The notes beneath the pieces are model-generated. The model was not told where the DNA came from, did not search any database, and worked only from the letters and a program-made list of their open reading frames with translations. The position numbers and the translations under genes are program-made. This document shows positions 45,985 to 54,315 of a stretch of DNA of 64,000 nt, piece after piece (positions within the stretch are counted from its first letter, which is position 1; every line of letters begins with the position of its first letter). Source of the stretch: an uncultured Thermoplasmatales archaeon. GTDB taxonomy: Archaea > Thermoplasmatota > E2 > UBA202 > DSCA01. The stretch is taken from the NCBI GenBank assembly GCA_964514975.1, contig CAZESS010000006.1, positions 1-64,000 of the forward strand. The letters are read 5' to 3'.

Positions 45985-46412
45985 TGCGGCTCCCTATCGA
46001 CGCTCTCGTCAAGCATTCTATTCCTACGTACGCTGCATGAGATAAGTGTTCCAAATACTAGTATAATTACCGCGCACATAAATGACAGTCCCCCAATTAG
46101 GTAATAAGACACTTGTGTCAGAAAACTTTTTTGCGGATGGGCTTGCAGGATATCAAAAGCAAGTGCGTCTTTTGACACATTTTCTATACTGTAAGCTACC
46201 TTTACAGAACTTTCCCCGGCTTCCACAATTTGTACTTCTCCCGAGAAAACCTGTGACTGCAGTTGAATAAGTTGCGATAAGGTGATAGCAGCCTCCCCTT
46301 CGGCTCCGTAAACATCCCCATCGGTAAAAAGTAGATATGAAAGATAACCGAAAAAAGCTGCAAGTATTAGAGTGGTTACTAAAGCAAGCGTTTCGGATAT
46401 GCCAATTTTCAT
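45981..46412 (-). CDS. 2-TM membrane protein, paralog of 45592..45984
   Basis: YGAEGEAAIT...LQAHP. Confidence 0.7.
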   Translation of the reverse strand: MKIGISETLALVTTLILAAFFGYLSYLLFTDGDVYGAEGEAAITLSQLIQLQSQVFSGEVQIVEAGESSVKVAYSIENVSKDALAFDILQAHPQKSFLTQVSYYLIGGLSFMCAVIILVFGTLISCSVRRNRMLDESVDREPQ

Positions 46413-46425
46413 TTATTCGTCCTCT

Positions 46426-46779
46426 TTAGGTCCTATCGTAGTCATCGTCCTTTCGGATTATGTCATTAGGCTCATACTTAGGTACCACTTCAATGAACTT
46501 CAAATCGGTAAGAGCTTCTACGCGGTGCCATGCTTTTACAGGAATGCTTACAATCTCTCCGGGGCTTAACAAATGTTCTTGTACCTCTTCACTGCCCTCG
46601 AGTTGCACAATTACCCAACCTGTACCACTTATACCATACCACGTTTCGTGTCGATGAGAGTGTTGTTGTAGAGAGATCCTACATCCAGCCCTTACGGACA
46701 ATACTTTAGCACCACAGTCTTTGCTATCGACAAGCAGCAATTCGTATCCCCACGGTTTATTTGTGCGCAGCGGTATCAT
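46426..46779 (-). CDS. Cupin, mannose-6-phosphate isomerase type II C-terminal-like
   Basis: KPWGYE, SLQQH..RHETW, DIIR.DDDY.R. Confidence 0.85.
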   Translation of the reverse strand: MIPLRTNKPWGYELLLVDSKDCGAKVLSVRAGCRISLQQHSHRHETWYGISGTGWVIVQLEGSEEVQEHLLSPGEIVSIPVKAWHRVEALTDLKFIEVVPKYEPNDIIRKDDDYDRT

Positions 46780-47471
46780 TTGAACCTTTCTGTAAGGAGA
46801 CGTTTGCCGATTTTGAGACCGTCTACTACTTTCAACTTAGAGTGAGAGTCTTCGGGTCGGGAGTAGTAGTCAATAGGTATTTGGATGATGCTGTAATGAT
46901 TTTTTACCGCTTTTGCGAACAACTCCGCTTCTAAGGTAAACCCGTCGCTGTTCAAATGCAATCTTCTAAAGCTGGCAGCTTCGCCCACCCAAAGACCTGT
47001 ACACACGTCGGACATCTTCACTCCGAATAACATGCTAGCCCACAACGACAAAGCTTTGTTGCCAAAAGCGTTTAAGGCTGTCATAGAGCCCTTTTCACGC
47101 GTTTTTCGTATTCCTACTACAAAGTTACGCCTACCCATATTCATTCGGTGTTTTACATAAGCTTGGTAAACAGCTTGAGGGGGATATGTATAGTCCGCAT
47201 CGATCATAGCCATGAAGGGTGTATTAACGTGGCGCAGCGCGCCTCGAACTGCAAAACCCTTACCACGTGCCGGCAAGTTAACAACCCGCGCACCAGCTTC
47301 AGCAGCTATTAAGCCAGTATCGTCTGAAGAGTTGTTAGCGACTAATACATCGCAGCCGGGCATACAAACGTATAAATCGCGTACAAGAGGGCCGATAGTA
47401 GCTGCCTCATTTCTGGCTGGCAGTAGGATAGTCAAACGATGCAAGTCTGGAACTAGAGAATGGTAAGTCAT
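46776..47471 (-). CDS. Glycosyltransferase family 2 (polyprenol-phosphate glycosyltransferase-like)
   Basis: LPARNE, GKGFA, DADYTY, SD.CTG, GFTLEAE, SKL. Confidence 0.85.
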   Translation of the reverse strand: MTYHSLVPDLHRLTILLPARNEAATIGPLVRDLYVCMPGCDVLVANNSSDDTGLIAAEAGARVVNLPARGKGFAVRGALRHVNTPFMAMIDADYTYPPQAVYQAYVKHRMNMGRRNFVVGIRKTREKGSMTALNAFGNKALSLWASMLFGVKMSDVCTGLWVGEAASFRRLHLNSDGFTLEAELFAKAVKNHYSIIQIPIDYYSRPEDSHSKLKVVDGLKIGKRLLTERFK

Positions 47472-47838
47472 AGCCTCCAACTCCGAAAATTATTTGTATA
47501 CCAAGTTGCTCGCAAGTAGGGCTTTCTGGCAGGTTCTCCAAGTCCCACGTTCTACCGCCCTTTGCAAATATGTCGGGTCGATAGTAACGCAAGGACTCTC
47601 TACATGATATGTCTTGGTCGATATTTGAAACGACTTCTCCACGGCCTTGCAGACCCCAATCCAATACGTATTTTCGTACATAGTAAGGTAAAACGTAATA
47701 ACCCTTCTTTTGTAGAAGCTGGTCGTCTCGGGTAAGTATAACCAACAGCCTGTCGCCTAACGTTAAGGCTTCTTCAATGTTACAAATGTGTCCCGGGTGT
47801 AAGGGATCATAACCACCACTAACTGCTACGACGTTCAT
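47407..47838 (-). CDS. Cytidylyltransferase (HIGH family, TagD/RfaE-like)
   Basis: SGGYDPLHPGH, PDIFAKGG, SSS. Confidence 0.85.
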   Translation of the reverse strand: MNVVAVSGGYDPLHPGHICNIEEALTLGDRLLVILTRDDQLLQKKGYYVLPYYVRKYVLDWGLQGRGEVVSNIDQDISCRESLRYYRPDIFAKGGRTWDLENLPESPTCEQLGIQIIFGVGGYDLPFSSSRLASFDYPTASQK

Positions 47839-48025
47839 CCATTGCCTCCTTTAACATAGCACTAAATAATCTCTCCGCTTCTTCAGGGTATATGTACACG
47901 TCTTGCACAAGGTGATCCGAAAAGGGAACAATACCTTTGACCATCCATACGGTGCCTCTGGTACCATACACACGTTTGGGCGTAGATCCCGCCTTACAGT
48001 AAAGAAAATATTCTAACATTTTCAT
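47819..48025 (-). CDS. Hypothetical protein
   Basis: Operonic ORF. Confidence 0.5.
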   Translation of the reverse strand: MKMLEYFLYCKAGSTPKRVYGTRGTVWMVKGIVPFSDHLVQDVYIYPEEAERLFSAMLKEAMDERRSS

Positions 48026-48037
48026 CCTATCGATTGT

Positions 48038-48478
48038 TTAATCTTCTATTTCCTCTAAAAAGTTGCCAACCTCGCTTTCGAGGGTTAGACCTTCGTTACT
48101 TAGGTACCTTTCCTTAGGTACAAAACTAAAACGCTTTACGACCCGTATTTCCGATGGGGCTATATACTTTCTCCTTCGCAAACGGAACGCAAAAGGGCCT
48201 TCGTTCCAAAATTCGTCGCTCTCTGCCCATTCCCAATCTGTTGACAGTGAGTTCCTGCCCTTGACTTGGAAAGAGAGTAGGACAAATTCAGTCTCGCCAG
48301 TCGCATTATAAACATCCTTTGCAACGTAGTGTGCGTATTCGGGACGTGTTAAGACGTAAATACTGGGGGAGATACCTTCAAAACCCGGCACAGGACTTTG
48401 AGGCATCGAGGCTCGGAGCCCTGATCTAAGGATCTCCTCCGCATTGTAGGCAGGGGTGAGATGGTATACTGTTAACAT
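48038..48478 (-). CDS. ADP-ribosyltransferase-fold protein (Tpt1/DarT-like)
   Basis: VYHLTPAYNAEEILRSGL...IYV...VLLSF...IAPSEI. Confidence 0.65.
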   Translation of the reverse strand: MLTVYHLTPAYNAEEILRSGLRASMPQSPVPGFEGISPSIYVLTRPEYAHYVAKDVYNATGETEFVLLSFQVKGRNSLSTDWEWAESDEFWNEGPFAFRLRRRKYIAPSEIRVVKRFSFVPKERYLSNEGLTLESEVGNFLEEIED

Positions 48479-48505
48479 CTGCTTACCTCCATAACATTTT
48501 CATCT

Positions 48506-48847
48506 TTACCTTTCTCGCGACAAAAACCAAGCGGATTCTTCTTGCGCCTTGGCGGCTATTATAGCGAAGTACACTGAAAGGTCTTTCGCGGATTCTTCCA
48601 CCGAATCAAAGTCGTTCATTGTACGTTCTCTAAGGTTAAGAAACCCTACCACGTTTGCCAGGTGCTTTGCCATTAGAAACCACGCGGTAACGTACACATC
48701 CGCATTTGTAGGCTTTTCTACCATATCAATGAATTTGGCAGATTGCGTAAAACCTCTGTACACTTGCTCCTTACATCCTTTGATGTATTCGCTGTTCTTC
48801 TTCTCGTACCTGCTTGCAAGGTTTTTTAGAATGTCTCCTGCTCCCAT
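48506..48847 (-). CDS. Nmad1/DUF1599-like all-alpha nucleotide-modification-associated protein
   Basis: KKNSEY...KH...DSVEESAKDLSVY. Confidence 0.55.
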   Translation of the reverse strand: MGAGDILKNLASRYEKKNSEYIKGCKEQVYRGFTQSAKFIDMVEKPTNADVYVTAWFLMAKHLANVVGFLNLRERTMNDFDSVEESAKDLSVYFAIIAAKAQEESAWFLSRER

Positions 48848-48856
48848 AAACTCCTC

Positions 48857-49093
48857 CTAAGAATCTAGAAAACGTTTCACGTCTACTTGTGATTTGTCTA
48901 CGCTAATGAAGTTTCTTGCGCACCGCACAAAATACACTTCGGGGTCGTTTGCGTCACGGAAGACGTCTCTTACCTCCAAGCGTACTCTTACGATGGAACC
49001 GTCCTCAAGATATACTTCCGTGAACTTGCTTACGATGGTTTCGATACGTTGTTGGAGTACCTCAACCTCTTTTCCGTCGACTGTTATCTTCAT
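48857..49093 (-). CDS. Hypothetical protein
   Basis: YLEDGSIVRV. Confidence 0.55.
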   Translation of the reverse strand: MKITVDGKEVEVLQQRIETIVSKFTEVYLEDGSIVRVRLEVRDVFRDANDPEVYFVRCARNFISVDKSQVDVKRFLDS

Positions 49094-49536
49094 GTAAGTG
49101 TATAATCTCCTGCAATGACTACGTAAGATTTATTGGCACGTTTCTTGCTTATGGCGTAGATTTGTTTCCGGTATAGCTGGAACTCTTTTTCAGTTTTGTT
49201 GTTGACTTTGCACCAATGTTGAGTAAGCTTTTTTACGTAGGACTTTCGATAAGCGTACGTGGACCTACCGAAGTGTATTACGTCATGGCACACCTCACAA
49301 ACGCACCTCAAAGCTGTCAAGTATTGTATATGTTTTTTGTCGTCGAAACCCCATTGTTCGTGACAATGTAATTGTAACGTCCTTTCGCCGCAAATCTCGC
49401 ACGTAAAGTTGGCGTCGAAATACACGCGCTGCCGTATCTTATTCCATTCTGGTCTAGGTAACCTACTAGCAAGAGTTATGCCCCAAGTACTAATGGGTCT
49501 CGGCTCGATTTCAAGTTTAAGCTTTTTGGTAGCTAT
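49090..49536 (-). CDS. HNH endonuclease-like protein (probable ATA start)
   Basis: CEICG..LHCHEQW..CEVCHDVIHFG; frame open 37 codons above the tracked start, giving KLEIEP..W...EWNKIRQRVY. Confidence 0.7.
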   Translation of the reverse strand: MATKKLKLEIEPRPISTWGITLASRLPRPEWNKIRQRVYFDANFTCEICGERTLQLHCHEQWGFDDKKHIQYLTALRCVCEVCHDVIHFGRSTYAYRKSYVKKLTQHWCKVNNKTEKEFQLYRKQIYAISKKRANKSYVVIAGDYTLT

Positions 49537-49598
49537 GACCCATCACGCTCCTGCACACCCGCCCTGCCTTCAAGCAAAGCGTTGCGAAATCCTTCCAT

Positions 49599-49973
49599 TC
49601 AATTTTCAATCACTTCGACCCCACAACAATATTTGTATTTCTTTCCCGATCCGCAAGGACAAGGCTCGTTTCTTCCTACCTTAGGTTCTGACCTTACATA
49701 TTGTTCAGGTTTAGAGTCTTTTATGTTTTGCAACACCTTCCTAAGGTCATCATCGGTGACGCCTATACTTTCGAACGCGGACTTGAACTGCTTAGCACCG
49801 TTAATACGCTCTCGCGCGTTCTTCAACTCTTGTTCAATGTCCGAATCTCTTTTTACGTAAGGACGCCACGCTTCCTCCAGTTGTGCGAGGAAATCGTCCT
49901 TATCTATATTTTTGGACAACTTAGCCGCAGACTTACCAACTATCTTGCCTATACCTTTTCTTCCCCAAACCAT
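49599..49973 (-). CDS. SEC-C motif protein
   Basis: [20 protein letters not shown]. Confidence 0.85.
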   Translation of the reverse strand: MVWGRKGIGKIVGKSAAKLSKNIDKDDFLAQLEEAWRPYVKRDSDIEQELKNARERINGAKQFKSAFESIGVTDDDLRKVLQNIKDSKPEQYVRSEPKVGRNEPCPCGSGKKYKYCCGVEVIEN

Positions 49974-49995
49974 ATTAACTCACCTTCCTTTGTGA

Positions 49996-50079
49996 TGGTG
50001 GGGCGAGAGGGATTCGAACCCTCACTCCTTTCGGAAACGGTTTTTAAGACCGTAGTGTCTGCCTTTACACCATCGCCCC
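49996..50079 (-). tRNA. trnL: tRNA-Leu(TAA), CCA encoded
   Basis: Acceptor GGGGCGA/TCGCCCC, anticodon arm ACGGT-CTTAAAA-ACCGT, long variable arm, GGTTCGAATCC. Confidence 0.95.
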
Positions 50080-50266
50080 ATGTTTTAGTGTACTACTATG
50101 CCGTATTCTTTTTGAGGGAGAAGGATCATAACACCTTAAATTTTCTCTCCTTGGTCTATTGCCTTTACGTACTTGTCGTACTTCTTTTCAGCTTCTTTCA
50201 AAGACTTGCAACGATGGACACGAAACTCAACTGGTATCATTTCCGCTACGACAAAGTATTCGCACA

Positions 50267-50497
50267 TTACGACTCCCTAGATATAAAGACTAATATGGAT
50301 AAGACTAAAAATAGGGCCCACACAGTTCCCAAAATCTCTCCAGCATTAGATAGAAACCATGCCTCTAGTCCAGACGTACCTGTTGCATCAACCTCTACCC
50401 CGCTAACTGCAGATATAAAAAGGACATAGGGGATGGTGACAACACCTATAAGGAATCCAAAGGCCAGGTACTTCCTGTTTGCTTTAATCCAATTCAT
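50267..50497 (-). CDS. 2-TM membrane protein
   Basis: Hydrophobic helices; coupled. Confidence 0.6.
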   Translation of the reverse strand: MNWIKANRKYLAFGFLIGVVTIPYVLFISAVSGVEVDATGTSGLEAWFLSNAGEILGTVWALFLVLSILVFISRES

Positions 50498-51174
50498 TAC
50501 ACTCCCTTTTTGCTGCCGTACAACACTTTGTGCAATTGTAGGCTAAACCTGGCCCGTTCCTGCTTGCAAAACTCCACTACTTGTTGACACCACTCAATAT
50601 CGCTTTGAAAGTTATCGGCGTTGTTAATAACCGGGCTGATCATTTTGGTGGCCTTGATGCTTTGTACCTCTTGCAAAACCTCGCGCACAAATCGCAAGTC
50701 CGCCTGATCTGCAACCACGAACTTGATTTGGTCTTCAGGGCGAGAAACTAACGGAAGTATGTCGATTCGGCTAGCTCCGCATACACCTGATGAAGGGCAC
50801 TTAATATCTACACACCAACTATCTACCAAATACCTCCAACCGGGTAAAAACAGGGAGCCGTTGGTTTCAATTTCGGTCTTCAGACCTATTGCAGATAGCT
50901 TAGCTACGAAATCTCCCAACTCCGCGTGTTGTTGTAAAGGTTCACCTCCGGTAATGCAAACCCAATCACCCCGTCTTCCGCCGTCTTTTACAATCTCATC
51001 CACTATTTGACGAGTAGTGGTTTCGTAGCCGGCAGCGATGTCTTGCGCGTAAGTAGTGTCGCACCAGGAGCACCTTGGCTTGAGGTTGCAACCTTGCAGC
51101 CTTACGAACCACATGGGAACGCCTGCATAGATACCTTCGCCTTGTATAGAGTAAAAAACTTCATTAACCCTCAA
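50497..51174 (-). CDS. queE: 7-carboxy-7-deazaguanine synthase
   Basis: EVFYSIQGEG, FVRL.GCN, CX5CX2C, ITGGEP, ETNG, SLQLHK. Confidence 0.92.
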   Translation of the reverse strand: MRVNEVFYSIQGEGIYAGVPMWFVRLQGCNLKPRCSWCDTTYAQDIAAGYETTTRQIVDEIVKDGGRRGDWVCITGGEPLQQHAELGDFVAKLSAIGLKTEIETNGSLFLPGWRYLVDSWCVDIKCPSSGVCGASRIDILPLVSRPEDQIKFVVADQADLRFVREVLQEVQSIKATKMISPVINNADNFQSDIEWCQQVVEFCKQERARFSLQLHKVLYGSKKGV

Positions 51175-51353
51175 GGTATATCCCTTCCTTCTCGAATACG
51201 TTTTCGATACGCTTTTTCGTCGAACTTTAACTCTTTGGTTTCTACGTCACGTGAGAACGGGTACTTTAACTTACTCCAGGTCTTTCCGCACCGCTGACAT
51301 TTGCGGTTTGCAATACGGCCTCCACAACCACGGTGTACATCAACTGTTTTCAT
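51171..51353 (-). CDS. Zinc-ribbon protein, paralog of 51692..52012
   Basis: HRGCGG...CQRCGKTW. Confidence 0.55.
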   Translation of the reverse strand: MKTVDVHRGCGGRIANRKCQRCGKTWSKLKYPFSRDVETKELKFDEKAYRKRIREGRDIP

Positions 51354-51678
51354 AACTAAACTCCTGCAACGCGCGCGCGATGGCATCAGGACAACTGAGC
51401 GTTCGTGCATCTTCTGGCCACATGTTAGCATTAGGGCATTGGATGCCACTTAACTGGTCTATGAACTCTTGTGCTGGGACTCCGTACCGTAAGCCTAGAG
51501 ATATCGCACGTGTTAGCGCTTCGTTTTGACATCGAGTACATCCGCCGTTCTTTCCTAACGACGCAAACAGTTCTAAAGGCTTTCCGTTAGAGTTGATAGT
51601 TACATACAGATTTCCGCATCCCGTAACTTTCTTAACAGTTACTCCAGTTAGTGTCTTAGGTCTTGGAGCTTTTGGCAA
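51340..51678 (-). CDS. Stand-alone TSCPD domain (class II RNR NrdJb-like)
   Basis: RPKTL.G.T...TGCGNLYVTIN, GK.GGC, L.GIQC, LSCPDAIA. Confidence 0.85.
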   Translation of the reverse strand: MPKAPRPKTLTGVTVKKVTGCGNLYVTINSNGKPLELFASLGKNGGCTRCQNEALTRAISLGLRYGVPAQEFIDQLSGIQCPNANMWPEDARTLSCPDAIARALQEFSYENS

Positions 51679-51691
51679 AAGTATTGACCCC

Positions 51692-52012
51692 CTAGCATCT
51701 CGAGATTAAAAGTACAGCGATTGTTAATAAACCTACAAAAGCTAAGATCCGTAAAGGGCGAGGCCAATTGGGAAGGTAGCTTGCCACAATGGCTGCCAGG
51801 GGGAAGTTATCCGCCCACGACATGTAGGTAGTCTTGCCCTTTTTTATTTGAGGCGTCTTAACCTGTGGAACTCGGAAAAACATGTCCTTGGGAGGCTTAC
51901 CGTAGACTATTAAAGGATTCCACCGTTTTCCGCAACCCATACACTTAGGTGGAATGGGCAACGGAGGAAACCACTTGATCTCGCCTCCACATTTTTTATG
52001 AAAGTAAGGCAT
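51692..52012 (-). CDS. Zinc-ribbon protein with C-terminal TM
   Basis: HKKCGG...CMGCGKRW. Confidence 0.6.
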   Translation of the reverse strand: MPYFHKKCGGEIKWFPPLPIPPKCMGCGKRWNPLIVYGKPPKDMFFRVPQVKTPQIKKGKTTYMSWADNFPLAAIVASYLPNWPRPLRILAFVGLLTIAVLLISRC

Positions 52013-52398
52013 TACAGTATGTACACTATGCAGCTCTCAGGCGTTTCCCAAATCTTCACGTACTTGAGCTCTGCACATTCCCCTTTGCTCCATGGTTCTC
52101 GAGTCCACTCCCAAGCCACATGTCGTGCGATGTTCTCAGCTGTAGGATTGTCTATGAAATCATTAACAGTGCGGTGATCTAGCTGATCGGCGATGCTTTG
52201 CAAAAACGCTTTCAACCAATTGAAGTCTACAACCATACCTGTTGAAGGGTCGACAAAGTCTTCTACACCGACTTCTACGGTCCACCTATGTCCGTGCAGA
52301 TTGGCACACTTACCGTTGTAGCCTGGCAAGTAGTGCGCAGCATCGAAACTAATTTGTTTGGTTGCAATCATCCTCACGTCTTCAGGCATGTCACTCAT
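52012..52398 (-). CDS. queD: 6-carboxytetrahydropterin synthase
   Basis: FDAAH, C.NLHGH, GMVVDF, LDH, PTAENIA, WET. Confidence 0.93.
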   Translation of the reverse strand: MSDMPEDVRMIATKQISFDAAHYLPGYNGKCANLHGHRWTVEVGVEDFVDPSTGMVVDFNWLKAFLQSIADQLDHRTVNDFIDNPTAENIARHVAWEWTREPWSKGECAELKYVKIWETPESCIVYIL

Positions 52399-52523
52399 CC
52401 GAATACCCCCATAGGTTTTAGAACAAACCACGTAACACAAAACAAAACGAAACCTAAAATTAGTACAACGAAACCCCAATTAAGTTGTGTCTTCGACCTA
52501 CCTTTACCCACCTTCTTTTTCAT
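52395..52523 (-). CDS. Small basic single-TM protein
   Basis: GGAGG RBS; MKKKVGKGRSK + TM. Confidence 0.5.
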   Translation of the reverse strand: MKKKVGKGRSKTQLNWGFVVLILGFVLFCVTWFVLKPMGVFG

Positions 52524-52531
52524 ATGCCTCC

Positions 52532-53668
52532 TTAAAGTTGTGTAATACTTTCCCAAGGGAACTCTCGACCAAAGTGCCCACCAACAGACGTTTGTTGATA
52601 GCGCCATCCTATACGGCTTACTAACCCGAATCTTTCTATGATAGCTGCAGGACGGAAGTCGAACGTATCTTCAACTACCTTGGTTAGGACAGGACTAAAC
52701 ACTCCCTGTTCTATGACTTGTATACTTAAAGGATGTGCAGCTCCTATCACATAGGCTACCCGTACTTCGGCCTCTTCACAATAATGCGCCGCAACTAAGG
52801 ACCTGGCAACATGTCTAGCCATATACGCCCCGGACCTATCCACTTTCGTAGGATCCTTACCTGAGAAGGCTCCTCCGCCATGAGCGCATACCGGGCCATA
52901 GCCGTCTACTATAATCTTTCTACCAGTAAAACCCGTGTCGCTAGCAGGGCCGCCAATTGTAAAGGCTCCAGTTCCGTTAACAACCAACTTTTTGCACAGT
53001 AACCCGTATTTGGCTAAAACCGGCCCTACTACAAAGCTGTTTATTTGCGCTGCAAAAACATCTGGGTCTACACCGTAGTCTTCGTGCTGTGCAGCTATTA
53101 CGATGGATTCTGCGAAGGGGTGTCCGTCCGTATAACGGAGAGTCACTTGAGTTTTTCCGTCAGGACGTAAGCTGGGCATCATTCCACAACGCCTTATGGA
53201 TGTGAGCTCCATACTTAACTCGTTGGCCAGCTGCGCGGCTAAAGGCATGTAGTTGGGAGTCTCATTGCAAGCATACCCTACTACTATGCCTTGATCTCCT
53301 GCTCCCAACTCATCAAACTTATCCACACTTCCGGCAACCTTTTCAACTGGATGGTTCACACCCCTTGCGATGTTGGGGGATTGGCGTTGTATAGAAGTCA
53401 TTACACCGCAAGTATTTCCGTCAAAGCCTAGGTCCGCGTAGTTGTAGCCTACGTCGCAAATGACAGAACGTACTAATGCTGGAATCTCTACGTACCCTTT
53501 GCAGGTTACTTCGCCAAGTATGAACACTGTACCTAAAGTTATAGCGGTCTCACAAGCTACGCGAGAGTCTGGGTCCGCATCTAGCATAGCGTCCAAAATG
53601 GCATCAGATATTTGGTCGCAAAGCTTATCAGGGTGCCCAGCTGTTACAGACTCTGCTGTTACTAACAC
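52532..53668 (-). CDS. metK: S-adenosylmethionine synthetase (bacterial type)
   Basis: ESV..GHPDK, GAGDQG, GGGAFSGKDPTKVDRS. Confidence 0.96.
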   Translation of the reverse strand: MLVTAESVTAGHPDKLCDQISDAILDAMLDADPDSRVACETAITLGTVFILGEVTCKGYVEIPALVRSVICDVGYNYADLGFDGNTCGVMTSIQRQSPNIARGVNHPVEKVAGSVDKFDELGAGDQGIVVGYACNETPNYMPLAAQLANELSMELTSIRRCGMMPSLRPDGKTQVTLRYTDGHPFAESIVIAAQHEDYGVDPDVFAAQINSFVVGPVLAKYGLLCKKLVVNGTGAFTIGGPASDTGFTGRKIIVDGYGPVCAHGGGAFSGKDPTKVDRSGAYMARHVARSLVAAHYCEEAEVRVAYVIGAAHPLSIQVIEQGVFSPVLTKVVEDTFDFRPAAIIERFGLVSRIGWRYQQTSVGGHFGREFPWESITQL

Positions 53669-54145
53669 CTACTTCAACCTCTTAATCCAACCGTTTTCTG
53701 CAAACAGCCCGAACCTAACAAGAAAACTGTTTAGACGTACTCTAGCTTCTTCGTTTTCCTCATTTACACGTTGCTGCTCTTGCTCACTATAGGCTATCCA
53801 CGGGCGAAACAACGGTCTAGCGATTATGCGAGCGACCACGTACGCACCTGTAAGTACGTATACCATAGGCAGAAGGTCGTGGCTGACAAGGTAAGTTAAG
53901 GTTTCTCTTCCATAACCCGCGTCTAAGGTAAAAGCGTTTATTACCTGTAGTACGAACGGAAGAACCATAAACCACAGCACTGCTACCGACATACCCCAAA
54001 TAAGAGCTACTAAAGGCGCTACACGGTTAGCGCTACGTTTGGCGACGTACTTGCCCTTACCTCTTTTGATACCTGTGATGATGTCGATCAAATTCAATAC
54101 AACAATTGCAACTACCGCTAAACCTATCCACTGCACCTCATTCAT
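53669..54145 (-). CDS. 3-TM membrane protein
   Basis: Hydrophobic helices; GGAGG RBS. Confidence 0.6.
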   Translation of the reverse strand: MNEVQWIGLAVVAIVVLNLIDIITGIKRGKGKYVAKRSANRVAPLVALIWGMSVAVLWFMVLPFVLQVINAFTLDAGYGRETLTYLVSHDLLPMVYVLTGAYVVARIIARPLFRPWIAYSEQEQQRVNEENEEARVRLNSFLVRFGLFAENGWIKRLK

Positions 54146-54306
54146 CTTGACCTCCAATCTCTTCCACCGCTTTCTACGTAAGTCTTTTTATGTCGTTCAC
54201 AACAAAAGACTAACTTCTCTCCCTTGTAATCGGCTGTAGCCCACTTTTTAGGAAGTACATAAGCGTCATTCCTACGGTTCCGACAGTACTCACATTTTAA
54301 GTTCAC
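54142..54306 (-). CDS. Small Cys/His metal-binding protein, 54 aa (not in ORF track)
   Basis: CEYC...FCCERH; AAGGAGG RBS. Confidence 0.55.
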   Translation of the reverse strand: MNLKCEYCRNRRNDAYVLPKKWATADYKGEKLVFCCERHKKTYVESGGRDWRSR

Positions 54307-54315
54307 TTCTCCTCC

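Noticed and set aside
49701-50429. 242-aa + strand ORF
   Set aside because: Antisense to the SEC-C gene, tRNA-Leu and small genes; a shadow ORF.
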